This document shows, one piece after another, positions 1 to 15,000 of a stretch of 64,000 nucleotides of DNA. The notes below the pieces were generated by a model that was not told the origin of the DNA, did no database searches, and worked only from the letters and a program-made list of their open reading frames with translations. The translations under genes and the position numbers were made by a program. Positions within the stretch are counted from its first letter, which is position 1. The number at the start of each line of letters is the position of its first letter. Where the stretch lies: the NCBI GenBank assembly GCA_046563655.1, contig CM102287.1, positions 496,001-560,000 of the forward strand. Reading direction: 5' to 3'. Origin of the DNA: Yuukianura sp. NJ FZ-2021. Lineage: Eukaryota.

Positions 1-3000
1 GGAAATACTTTTTTATGTCATACTACCACCTTGCACTTCCAATAAAGCACACCTGAATAACTGGTGTTCAACAATAATCTGGAATGATATTTTAGCCCAA
101 CTCCACTATGCAACAAGTGCATAAATCTAACTGTCATTTTGGTATAAACTAATGTGGGAACTATACAACGAAGTTTTAAACATACTGAAAAGTGGAATTT
201 ATGCCTTGTTATCGCTTATAACCATCTGCAAGGAACGCATCTAATACCGGTCCACTTTGTCGTAGTGCATCAACGACTATTACACACGGTGAACCACTTG
301 TTGTCAGCCTTCATCTTTGAGCACCAAGGAGAAGTGCCGGTGAAATTACAAGCTCGCCCTCACTACAGATACCAACCAGTACTCATTTTGACACTATGAA
401 TCACAATGACTCCGACGGCAATGGAACTTCAGGGGTTCCCATTATTACATTTTCTAAATCAAAATCGAACATTCAGCATTATTTGTTATTTTGATTAAAA
501 TTTTTAGGAAATACTTTTTTATGTCATACTACCACCTTGCACTTCCAATAAAGCACACCTGAATAACTGGTGTTCAACAATAATCTGGAATTATATTTTA
601 GCCCAACTCCACTATGCAACAAGTGCATAAATCTAACTGTCATTTTGGTATGAACTAATGTGGGAACTATACAACGAAGTTTTAAACATACTGAAAAGTG
701 GAATTTATGCCTTGTTATCGCTTATAACCATCTGCAAGGAACGCATGTAATACCGGTCCACTTTGTCGTAGTGCATCAACGACTATTACACACGGTGAAC
801 CACTTGTTGTCAGCCTTCATTTTTGAGCACAAAGGAGAAGTGCCGGTGAAATGACAAGCTCGCCCTCACTACAGATACCAGCCAGTACTCATTTTGACAC
901 TATGAATCACAATGACTCCGACGGCAATGGAACTTCAGGGGATCCCATTATTACATTTTCTAAATCAAAATCGAACATTCAGCATTATTTGTTATTTTGA
1001 TTAAAATTTTTAGGAAATACTTTTTTATGTCATACTACCACCTTGCACTTCCAATAAAGCACACCTGAATAACTGGTGTTCAACAATAATCTGGAATGAT
1101 ATTTTAGCCCAACTCCACTATGCAACAAGTGCATAAATCTAACTGTCATTTTGGTATAAACTAATGTGGGAACTATACAACGAAGTTTTAAACATACTGA
1201 AAAGTGGAATTTATGCCTTGTTATCGCTTATAACCATCTGCAAGGAACGCATGTAATACCGGTCCACTTTGTCGTAGTGCATCAACGACTATTACACACG
1301 GTGAACCACTTGTTGTCAGCCTTCATTTTTGAGCACAAAGGAGAAGTGCCGGTGAAATGACAAGCTCGCCCTCACTACAGATACCAGCCAGTACTCATTT
1401 TGACACTATGAATCACAATGACTCCGACGGCAATGGAACTTCAGGGGATCCCATTATTACATTTTCTAAATCAAAATCGAACATTCAGCATTATTTGTTA
1501 TTTTGATTAAAATTTTTAGGAAATACTTTTTTATGTCATACTACCACCTTGCACTTCCAATAAAGCACACCTGAATAACTGGTGTTCAACAATAATCTGG
1601 AATTATATTTTAGCCCAACTCCACTATGCAACAAGTGCATAAATCTAACTGTCATTTTGGTATAAACTAATGTGGGAACTATACAACGAAGTTTTAAACA
1701 TACTGAAAAGTGGAATTTATGCCTTGTTATCGCTTATAACCATCTGCAAGGAACGCATCTAATACCGGTCCACTTTGTCGTAGTGCATCAACGACTATTA
1801 CACACGGTGAACCACTTGTTGTCAGCCTTCATCTTTGAGCACAAAGGAGAAGTGCCGGTGAAATGACAAGCTCGCCCTCACTACAGATACCAACCAGTAC
1901 TCATTTTGACACTATGAATCACAATGACTCCGACGGCAATGGAACTTCAGGGGTTCCCATTATTACATTTTCTAAATCAAAATCGAACATTCAGCATTAT
2001 TTGTTATTTTGATTAAAATTTTTAGGAAATACTTTTTTATGTCATACTACCACCTTGCACTTCCAATAAAGCACACCTGAATAACTGGTGTTCAACAATA
2101 ATCTGGAATTATATTTTAGCCCAACTCCACTATGCAACAAGTGCATAAATCTAACTGTCATTTTGGTATAAACTAATGTGGGAACTATACAACGAAGTTT
2201 TAAACATACTGAAAAGTGGAATTTATGCCTTGTTATCGCTTATAACCATCTGCAAGGAACGCATCTAATACCGGTCCACTTTGTCGTAGTGCATCAACGA
2301 CTATTACACACGGTGAACCACTTGTTGTCAGCCTTCATCTTTGAGCACAAAGGAGAAGTGCCGGTGAAATGACAAGCTCGCCCTCACTACAGATACCAAC
2401 CAGTACTCATTTTGACACTATGAATCACAATGACTCCGACGGCAATGGAACTTCAGGGGATCCCATTATTACATTTTCTAAATCAAAATCGAACATTCAG
2501 CATTATTTGTTATTTTGATTAAAATTTTTAGGAAATACTTTTTTATGTCATACTACCACCTTGCACTTCCAATAAAGCACACCTGAATAACTGGTGTTCA
2601 ACAATAATCTGGAATTATATTTTAGCCCAACTCCACTATGCAACAAGTGCATAAATCTAACTGTCATTTTGGTATAAACTAATGTGGGAACTATACAACG
2701 AAGTTTTAAACATACTGAAAAGTGGAATTTATGCCTTGTTATCGCTTATAACCATCTTCATGGAACGCATCTAATACCGGTCCACTTTGTCGTAGTGCAT
2801 CAACGACTATTACACACGGTGAACCACTTGTTGTCAGCCTTCATCTTTGAGCACAAAGGAGAAGTGCCGGTGAAATGACAAGCTCGCCCTCACTACAGAT
2901 ACCAACCAGTACTCATTTTGACACTATGAATCACAATGACTCCGACGGCAATGGAACTTCAGGGGATCCCATTATTACATTTTCTAAATCAAAATCGAAC

Positions 3001-6000
3001 ATTCAGCATTATTTGTTATTTTGATTAAAATTTTTAGGAAATACTTTTTTATGTCATACTACCACCTTGCACTTCCAATAAAGCACACCTGAATAACTGG
3101 TGTTCAACAATAATCTGGAATTATATTTTAGCCCAACTCCACTATGCAACAAGTGCATAAATCTAACTGTCATTTTGGTATAAACTAATGTGGGAACTAT
3201 ACAACGAAGTTTTAAACATACTGAAAAATGGAATTTATGCCTTGTTATCGCTTATAACCATCTTCATGGAACGCATCTAATACCGGTCCACTTTGTCGTA
3301 GTGCATCAACGACTATTACACACGGTGAACCACTTGTTGTCAGCCTTCATCGTTGAGCACAAAGGAGAAGTGCCGGTGAAATGACAAGCTCGCCCTCACT
3401 ACAGATACCTACCAGTACTCATTTTGACACTACGAATCACAATGACTCCGACGGCAATGGAACTTCAGGGGTTCCCATTATTACATTTTCTAAATCAAAA
3501 TCGAACATTCAGCATTATTTGTTATTTTGATTAAAATTTTTAGGAAATACTTTTTTATGTCATACTACCACCTTGCACTTCCAATAAAGCACACCTGAAT
3601 AACTGGTGTTCAACAATAATCTGGAATTATATTTTAGCCTAACTCCACTGTGCAACAAGTGCATAAATCTAACTGTCATTTTGGTATAAACTAATGTGGG
3701 AACTATACAACGAAGTTTTAAACATACTGAAAAGTGGAATTTATGCCTTGTTATCGCTTATAACCATCTGCAAGGAACGCATGTAATACCGGTCCACTTT
3801 GTCGTAGTGCATCAACGACTATTACACACGGTGAACCACTTGTTGTCAGCCTTCATCTTTGAGCACAAAGGAGAAGTGCCGGTGAAATGACAAGCTCGCC
3901 CTCACTACAGATACCTACCAGTACTCATTTTGACACTACGAATCACAATGACTCCGACGGCAATGGAACTTCAGGGGATCCCATTATTACATTTTCTAAA
4001 TCAAAATCGAACATTCAGCATTATTTGTTATTTTGATTAAAATTTTTAGGAAATACTTTTTTATGTCATTCTACCACCTTGCACTTCCAATAAAGCACAC
4101 CTGAATAACTGGTGTTCAACAATAATCCGGAATTATATTTTAGCCCAACTTCACTATGCAACAAGTGCATAAATCTAACTGTCATTTTGGTATAAACTAA
4201 TGTGGGAACTATACAACAAAGTTTTAAACATACTGAAAAATGGAATTTATGCCTTGTTGTCGCTTATAACCATCTTCATGGAACGCATCTAATACCGGTC
4301 CACTTTGTCGTAGTGCATCAACGACTATTACACACGGTGAACCACTTGTTGTCAGCCTTCATCTTTGAGCACAAAGGAGAAGTGCCGGTGAAATTACAAG
4401 CTCGCCCTCACTACAGATACCAACCAGTACTCATTTTGACACTATGAATCACAATGACTCCGACGGCAATGGAACTTCAGGGGTTCCCATTATTACATTT
4501 TCTAAATCAAAATCGAACATTCAGCATTATTTGTTATTTTGATTAAAATTTTTAGGAAATACTTTTTTATGTCATACTACCACCTTGCACTTCCAATAAA
4601 GCACACCTGAATAACTGGTGTTCAACAATAATCTGGAATTATATTTTAGCCCAACTCCACTATGCAACAAGTGCATAAATCTAACTGTCATTTTGGTATA
4701 AACTAATGTGGGAACTATACAACGAAGTTTTAAACATACTGAAAAATGGAATTTATGCCTTGTTGTCGCTTATAACCATCTTCATGGAACGCATCTAATA
4801 CCGGTCCACTTTGTCGTAGTGCATCAACGACTATTACACACGGTGAACCACTTGTTGTCAGCCTTCATCTTTGAGCACCAAGGAGAAGTGCCGGTGAAAT
4901 TACAAGCTCGCCCTCACTACAGATACCAACCAGTACTCATTTTGACACTATGAATCACAATGACTCCGACGGCAATGGAACTTCAGGGGTTCCCATTATT
5001 ACATTTTCTAAATCAAAATCGAACATTCAGCATTATTTGTTATTTTGATTAAAATTTTTAGGAAATACTTTTTTATGTCATACTACCACCTTGCACTTCC
5101 AATAAAGCACACCTGAATAACTGGTGTTCAACAATAATCTGGAATTATATTTTAGCCCAACTTCACTATGCAACAAGTGCATAAATCTAACTGTCATTTT
5201 GGTATAAACTAATGTGGGAACTATACAACGAAGTTTTAAACATACTGAAAAATGGAATTTATGCCTTGTTGTCGCTTATAACCATCTTCATGGAACGCAT
5301 CTAATACCGGTCCACTTTGTCGTAGTGCATCAACGACTATTACACACGGTGAACCACTTGTTGTCAGCCTTCATCTTTGAGCACAAAGGAGAAGTGCCGG
5401 TGAAATGACAAGCTCGCCCTCACTACAGATACCAACCAGTACTCATTTTGACACTATGAATCACAATGACTCCGACGGCAATGGAACTTCAGGGGTTCCC
5501 ATTATTACATTTTCTAAATCAAAATCGAACATTCAGCATTATTTGTTATTTTGATTAAAATTTTTAGGAAATACTTTTTTATGTCATACTACCACCTTGC
5601 ACTTCCAATAAAGCACACCTGAATAACTGGTGTTCAACAATAATCTGGAATTATATTTTAGCCCAACTCCACTATGCAACAAGTGCATAAATCTAACTGT
5701 CATTTTGGTATAAACTAATGTGGGAACTATACAACGAAGTTTTAAACATACTGAAAAATGGAATTTATGCCTTGTTATCGCTTATAACCATCTTCATGGA
5801 ACGCATCTAATACCGGTCCACTTTGTCGTAGTGCATCAACGACTATTACACACGGTGAACCACTTGTTGTCAGCCTTCATCTTTGAGCACAAAGGAGAAG
5901 TGCCGGTGAAATTACAAGCTCGCCCTCACTACAGATACCAACCAGTACTCATTTTGACACTATGAATCACAATGACTCCGACGGCAATGGAACTTCAGGG

Positions 6001-9000
6001 GTTCCCATTATTACATTTTCTAAATCAAAATCGAACATTCAGCATTATTTGTTATTTTGATTAAAATTTTTAGGAAATACTTTTTTATGTCATACTACCA
6101 CCTTGCACTTCCAATAAAGCACACCTGAATAACTGGTGTTCAACAATAATCTGGAATTATATTTTAGCCCAACTCCACTATGCAACAAGTGCATAAATCT
6201 AACTGTCATTTTGGTATAAACTAATGTGGGAACTATACAACGAAGTTTTAAACATACTGAAAAATGGAATTTATGCCTTGTTATCGCTTATAACCATCTT
6301 CATGGAACGCATCTAATACCGGTCCACTTTGTCGTAGTGCATCAACGACTATTACACACGGTGAACCACTTGTTGTCAGCCTTCATCTTTGAGCACAAAG
6401 GAGAAGTGCCGGTGAAATGACAAGCTCGCCCTCACTACAGATACCAACCAGTACTCATTTTGACACTATGAATCACAATGACTCCGACGGCAATGGAACT
6501 TCAGGGGTTCCCATTATTACATTTTCTAAATCAAAATCGAACATTCAGCATTATTTGTTATTTTGATTAAAATTTTTAGGAAATACTTTTTTATGTCATA
6601 CTACCACCTTGCACTTCCAATAAAGCACACCTGAATAACTGGTGTTCAACAATAATCTGGAATTATATTTTAGCCCAACTCCACTATGCAACAAGTGCAT
6701 AAATCTAACTGTCATTTTGGTATAAACTAATGTGGGAACTATACAACGAAGTTTTAAACATACTGAAAAATGGAATTTATGCCTTGTTATCGCTTATAAC
6801 CATCTTCATGGAACGCATCTAATACCGGTCCACTTTGTCGTAGTGCATCAACGACTATTACACACGGTGAACCACTTGTTGTCAGCCTTCATCTTTGAGC
6901 ACCAAGGAGAAGTGCCGGTGAAATTACAAGCTCGCCCTCACTACAGATACCAACCAGTACTCATTTTGACACTATGAATCACAATGACTCCGACGGCAAT
7001 GGAACTTCAGGGGTTCCCATTATTACATTTTCTAAATCAAAATCGAACATTCAGCATTATTTGTTATTTTGATTAAAATTTTTAGGAAATACTTTTTTAT
7101 GTCATACTACCACCTTGCACTTCCAATAAAGCACACCTGAATAACTGGTGTTCAACAATAATCTGGAATTATATTTTAGCCCAACTCCACTATGCAACAA
7201 GTGCATAAATCTAACTGTCATTTTGGTATAAACTAATGTGGGAACTATACAACGAAGTTTTAAACATACTGAAAAATGGAATTTATGCCTTGTTGTCGCT
7301 TATAACCATCTTCATGGAACGCATCTAATACCGGTCCACTTTGTCGTAGTGCATCAACGACTATTACACACGGTGAACCACTTGTTGTCAGCCTTCATCT
7401 TTGAGCACCAAGGAGAAGTGCCGGTGAAATTACAAGCTCGCCCTCACTACAGATACCAACCAGTACTCATTTTGACACTATGAATCACAATGACTCCGAC
7501 GGCAATGGAACTTCAGGGGTTCCCATTATTACATTTTCTAAATCAAAATCGAACATTCAGCATTATTTGTTATTTTGATTAAAATTTTTAGGAAATACTT
7601 TTTTATGTCATACTACCACCTTGCACTTCCAATAAAGCACACCTGAATAACTGGTGTTCAACAATAATCTGGAATTATATTTTAGCCCAACTCCACTATG
7701 CAACAAGTGCATAAATCTAACTGTCATTTTGGTATAAACTAATGTGGGAACTATACAACGAAGTTTTAAACATACTGAAAAGTGGAATTTATGCCTTGTT
7801 ATCGCTTATAACCATCTGCAAGGAACGCATGTAATACCGGTCCACTTTGTCGTAGTGCATCAACGACTATTACACACGGTGAACCACTTGTTGTCAGCCT
7901 TCATTTTTGAGCACAAAGGAGAAGTGCCGGTGAAATGACAAGCTCGCCCTCACTACAGATACCAGCCAGTACTCATTTTGACACTATGAATCACAATGAC
8001 TCCGACGGCAATGGAACTTCAGGGGATCCCATTATTACATTTTCTAAATCAAAATCGAACATTCAGCATTATTTGTTATTTTGATTAAAATTTTTAGGAA
8101 ATACTTTTTTATGTCATACTACCACCTTGCACTTCCAATAAAGCACACCTGAATAACTGGTGTTCAACAATAATCCGGAATTATATTTTAGCCCAACTTC
8201 ACTATGCAACAAGTGCATAAATCTAACTGTCATTTTGGTATAAACTAATGTGGGAACTATACAACAAAGTTTTAAACATACTGAAAAATGGAATTTATGC
8301 CTTGTTGTCGCTTATAACCATCTTCATGGAACGCATCTAATACCGGTCCACTTTGTCGTAGTGCATCAACGACTATTACACACGGTGAACCACTTGTTGT
8401 CAGCCTTCATCTTTGAGCACAAAGGAGAAGTGCCGGTGAAATGACAAGCTCGCCCTCACTACAGATACCTCCTACCAGTACTCATTTTGACACTACGAAT
8501 CACAATGACTCCGACGGCAATGGAACTTCAGGGGATCCCATTATTACATTTTCTAAATCAAAATCGAACATTCAGCATTATTTGTTATTTTGATTAAAAT
8601 TTTTAGGAAATACTTTTTTATGTCATTCTACCACCTTGCACTTCCAATAAAGCACACCTGAATAACTGGTGTTCAACAATAATCTGGAATTATATTTTAG
8701 CCCAACTCCACTATGCAACAAGTGCATAAATCTAACTGTCATTTTGGTATAAACTAATGTGGGAACTATACAACGAAGTTTTAAACATACTGAAAAGTGG
8801 AATTTATGCCTTGTTATCGCTTATAACCATCTGCAAGGAACGCATGTAATACCGGTCCACTTTGTCGTAGTGCATCAACGACTATTACACACGGTGAACC
8901 ACTTGTTGTCAGCCTTCATTTTTGAGCACAAAGGAGAAGTGCCGGTGAAATGACAAGCTCGCCCTCACTACAGATACCAGCCAGTACTCATTTTGACACT

Positions 9001-12000
9001 ATGAATCACAATGACTCCGACGGCAATGGAACTTCAGGGGATCCCATTATTACATTTTCTAAATCAAAATCGAACATTCAGCATTATTTGTTATTTTGAT
9101 TAAAATTTTTAGGAAATACTTTTTTATGTCATACTACCACCTTGCACTTCCAATAAAGCACACCTGAATAACTGGTGTTCAACAATAATCTGGAATTGTA
9201 TTTTAGCCCAACTCCACTATGCAACAAGTGCATAAATCTAACTGTCATTTTGGTATAAACTAATGTGGGAACTATACAACGAAGTTTTAAACATACTGAA
9301 AAGTGGAATTTATGCCTTGTTATCGCTTGTAGCCATCTGCAAGGAACGCATCTAATACCGGTCCACTTTGTCGTAGTGCATCAACGACTATTACACACGG
9401 TGAACCACTTGTTGTCAGCCTTCATCTTTGAGCACCAAGGAGAAGTGCCGGTGAAATTACAAGCTCGCCCTCACTACAGATACCAACCAGTACTCATTTT
9501 GACACTATGAATCACAATGACTCCGACGGCAATGGAACTTCAGGGGTTCCCATTATTACATTTTCTAAATCAAAATCGAACATTCAGCATTATTTGTTAT
9601 TTTGATTAAAATTTTTAGGAAATACTTTTTTATGTCATACTACCACCTTGCACTTCCAATAAAGCACACCTGAATAACTGGTGTTCAACAATAATCTGGA
9701 ATTATATTTTAGCCCAACTCCACTATGCAACAAGTGCATAAATCTAACTGTCATTTTGGTATAAACTAATGTGGGAACTATACAACGAAGTTTTAAACAT
9801 ACTGAAAAATGGAATTTATGCCTTGTTGTCGCTTATAACCATCTTCATGGAACGCATCTAATACCGGTCCACTTTGTCGTAGTGCATCAACGACTATTAC
9901 ACACGGTGAACCACTTGTTGTCAGCCTTCATCTTTGAGCACCAAGGAGAAGTGCCGGTGAAATTACAAGCTCGCCCTCACTACAGATACCAACCAGTACT
10001 CATTTTGACACTATGAATCACAATGACTCCGACGGCAATGGAACTTCAGGGGATCCCATTATTACATTTTCTAAATCAAAATCGAACATTCAGCATTATT
10101 TGTTATTTTGATTAAAATTTTTAGGAAATACTTTTTTATGTCATACTACCACCTTGCACTTCCAATAAAGCACACCTGAATAACTGGTGTTCAACAATAA
10201 TCTGGAATTATATTTTAGCCCAACTCCACTATGCAACAAGTGCATAAATCTAACTGTCATTTTGGTATAAACTAATGTGGGAACTATACAACGAAGTTTT
10301 AAACATACTGAAAAGTGGAATTTATGCCTTGTTATCGCTTATAACCATCTGCAAGGAACGCATGTAATACCGGTCCACTTTGTCGTAGTGCATCAACGAC
10401 TATTACACACGGTGAACCACTTGTTGTCAGCCTTCATCTTTGAGCACAAAGGAGAAGTGCCGGTGAAATTACAAGCTCGCCCTCACTACAGATACCAACC
10501 AGTACTCATTTTGACACTATGAATCACAATGACTCCGACGGCAATGGAACTTCAGGGGTTCCCATTATTACATTTTCTAAATCAAAATCGAACATTCAGC
10601 ATTATTTGTTATTTTGATTAAAATTTTTAGGAAATACTTTTTTATGTCATACTACCACCTTGCACTTCCAATAAAGCACACCTGAATAACTGGTGTTCAA
10701 CAATAATCTGGAATTATATTTTAGCCCAACTCCACTATGCAACAAGTGCATAAATCTAACTGTCATTTTGGTATAAACTAATGTGGGAACTATACAACGA
10801 AGTTTTAAACATACTGAAAAGTGGAATTTATGCCTTGTTATCGCTTATAACCATCTGCAAGGAACGCATGTAATACCGGTCCACTTTGTCGTAGTGCATC
10901 AACGACTATTACACACGGTGAACCACTTGTTGTCAGCCTTCATTTTTGAGCACAAAGGAGAAGTGCCGGTGAAATGACAAGCTCGCCCTCACTACAGATA
11001 CCAGCCAGTACTCATTTTGACACTATGAATCACAATGACTCCGACGGCAATGGAACTTCAGGGGATCCCATTATTACATTTTCTAAATCAAAATCGAACA
11101 TTCAGCATTATTTGTTATTTTGATTAAAATTTTTAGGAAATACTTTTTTATGTCATACTACCACCTTGCACTTCCAATAAAGCACACCTGAATAACTGGT
11201 GTTCAACAATAATCTGGAATTATATTATAGCCGAACTCCACTATGCAACAAGTGCATAAATCTAACTGTCATTTTGGTATAAACTAATGTGGGAACTATA
11301 CAACGAAGTTTTAAACATACTGAAAAATGGAATTTATGCCTTGTTGTCGCTTATAACCATCTTCATGGAACGCATCTAATACCGGTCCACTTTGTCGTAG
11401 TGCATCAACGACTATTACACACGGTGAACCACTTGTTGTCAGCCTTCATCTTTGAGCACCAAGGAGAAGTGCCGGTGAAATTACAAGCTCGCCCTCACTA
11501 CAGATACCAACCAGTACTCATTTTGACACTATGAATCACAATGACTCCGACGGCAATGGAACTTCAGGGGTTCCCATTATTACATTTTCTAAATCAAAAT
11601 CGAACATTCAGCATTATTTGTTATTTTGATTAAAATTTTTAGGAAATACTTTTTTATGTCATACTACCACCTTGCACTTCCAATAAAGCACACCTGAATA
11701 ACTGGTGTTCAACAATAATCTGGAATTATATTTTAGCCCAACTCCACTATGCAACAAGTGCATAAATCTAACTGTCATTTTGGTATAAACTAATGTGGGA
11801 ACTATACAACGAAGTTTTAAACATACTGAAAAGTGGAATTTATGCCTTGTTATCGCTTATAACCATCTGCAAGGAACGCATGTAATACCGGTCCACTTTG
11901 TCGTAGTGCATCAACGACTATTACACACGGTGAACCACTTGTTGTCAGCCTTCATTTTTGAGCACAAAGGAGAAGTGCCGGTGAAATGACAAGCTCGCCC

Positions 12001-15000
12001 TCACTACAGATACCAGCCAGTACTCATTTTGACACTATGAATCACAATGACTCCGACGGCAATGGAACTTCAGGGGATCCCATTATTACATTTTCTAAAT
12101 CAAAATCGAACATTCAGCATTATTTGTTATTTTGATTAAAATTTTTAGGAAATACCTTTTTATGTCATACTACCACCTTGCACTTCCAATAAAGCACACC
12201 TGAATAACTGGTGTTCAACAATAATCTGGAATTATATTTTAGCCCAACTCCACTATGCAACAAGTGCATAAATCTAACTGTCATTTTGGTATAAACTAAT
12301 GTGGGAACTATACAACAAAGTTTTAAACATACTGAAAAATGGAATTTATGCCTTGTTGTCGCTTATAACCATCTTCATGGAACGCATCTAATACCGGTCC
12401 ACTTTGTCGTAGTGCATCAACGACTATTACACACGGTGAACCACTTGTTGTCAGCCTTCATCTTTGAGCACAAAGGAGAAGTGCCGGTGAAATGACAAGC
12501 TCGCCCTCACTACAGATACCAACCAGTACTCATTTTGACACTACGAATCACAATGACTCCGACGGCAATGGAACTTCAGGGGATCCCATTATTACATTTT
12601 CTAAATCAAAATCGAACATTCAGCATTATTTGTTATTTTGATTAAAATTTTTAGGAAATACTTTTTTATGTCATACTACCACCTTGCACTTCCAATAAAG
12701 CACACCTGAATAACTGGTGTTCAACAATAATCTGGAATTATATTTTAGCCCAACTCCACTATGCAACAAGTGCATAAATCTAACTGTCATTTTGGTATAA
12801 ACTAATGTGGGAACTATACAACGAAGTTTTAAACATACTGAAAAGTGGAATTTATGCCTTGTTATCGCTTATAACCATCTGCAAGGAACGCATGTAATAC
12901 CGGTCCACTTTGTCGTAGTGCATCAACGACTATTACACACGGTGAACCACTTGTTGTCAGCCTTCATCTTTGAGCACAAAGGAGAAGTGCCGGTGAAATT
13001 ACAAGCTCGCCCTCACTACAGATACCAACCAGTACTCATTTTGACACTATGAATCACAATGACTCCGACGGCAATGGAACTTCAGGGGTTCCCATTATTA
13101 CATTTTCTAAATCAAAATCGAACATTCAGCATTATTTGTTATTTTGATTAAAATTTTTAGGAAATACTTTTTTATGTCATACTACCACCTTGCACTTCCA
13201 ATAAAGCACACCTGAATAACTGGTGTTCAACAATAATCTGGAATTATATTTTAGCCCAACTCCACTATGCAACAAGTGCATAAATCTAACTGTCATTTTG
13301 GTATAAACTAATGTGGGAACTATACAACGAAGTTTTAAACATACTGAAAAGTGGAATTTATGCCTTGTTATCGCTTATAACCATCTGCAAGGAACGCATG
13401 TAATACCGGTCCACTTTGTCGTAGTGCATCAACGACTATTACACACGGTGAACCACTTGTTGTCAGCCTTCATTTTTGAGCACAAAGGAGAAGTGCCGGT
13501 GAAATGACAAGCTCGCCCTCACTACAGATACCAGCCAGTACTCATTTTGACACTATGAATCACAATGACTCCGACGGCAATGGAACTTCAGGGGATCCCA
13601 TTATTACATTTTCTAAATCAAAATCGAACATTCAGCATTATTTGTTATTTTGATTAAAATTTTTAGGAAATACTTTTTTATGTCATACTACCACCTTGCA
13701 CTTCCAATAAAGCACACCTGAATAACTGGTGTTCAACAATAATCTGGAATTATATTTTAGCCGAACTCCACTATGCAACAAGTGCATAAATCTAACTGTC
13801 ATTTTGGTATAAACTAATGTGGGAACTATACAACAAAGTTTTAAACATACTGAAAAATGGAATTTATGCCTTGTTGTCGCTTATAACCATCTTCATGGAA
13901 CGCATCTAATACCGGTCCACTTTGTCGTAGTGCATCAACGACTATTACACACGGTGAACCACTTGTTGTCAGCCTTCATCTTTGAGCACCAAAGGAGAAG
14001 TGCCGGTGAAATTACAAGCTCGCCCTCACTACAGATACCAACCAGTACTCATTTTGACACTATGAATCACAATGACTCCGACGGCAATGGAACTTCAGGG
14101 GTTCCCATTATTACATTTTCTAAATCAAAATCGAACATTCAGCATTATTTGTTATTTTGATTAAAATTTTTAGGAAATACTTTTTTATGTCATACTACCA
14201 CCTTGCACTTCCAATAAAGCACACCTGAATAACTGGTGTTCAACAATAATCTGGAATTATATTTTAGCCCAACTCCACTATGCAACAAGTGCATAAATCT
14301 AACTGTCATTTTGGTATAAACTAATGTGGGAACTATACAACGAAGTTTTAAACATACTGAAAAGTGGAATTTATGCCTTGTTATCGCTTATAACCATCTG
14401 CAAGGAACGCATGTAATACCGGTCCACTTTGTCGTAGTGCATCAACGACTATTACACACGGTGAACCACTTGTTGTCAGCCTTCATTTTTGAGCACAAAG
14501 GAGAAGTGCCGGTGAAATGACAAGCTCGCCCTCACTACAGATACCAGCCAGTACTCATTTTGACACTATGAACCACAATGACTCCGACGGCAATGGAACT
14601 TCAGGGGATCCCATTATTACATTTTCTAAATCAAAATCGAACATTCAGCATTATTTGTTATTTTGATTAAAATTTTTAGGAAATACCTTTTTATGTCATA
14701 CTACCACCTTGCACTTCCAATAAAGCACACCTGAATAACTGGTGTTCAACAATAATCCGGAATTATATTTTAGCCCAACTTCACTATGCAACAAGTGCAT
14801 AAATCTAACTGTCATTTTGGTATAAACTAATGTGGGAACTATACAACAAAGTTTTAAAAATACTGAAAAATGGAATTTATGCCTTGTTGTCGCTTATAAC
14901 CATCTTCATGGAACGCATCTAATACCGGTCCACTTTGTCGTAGTGCATCAACGACTATTACACACGGTGAACCACTTGTTGTCAGCCTTCATCTTTGAGC

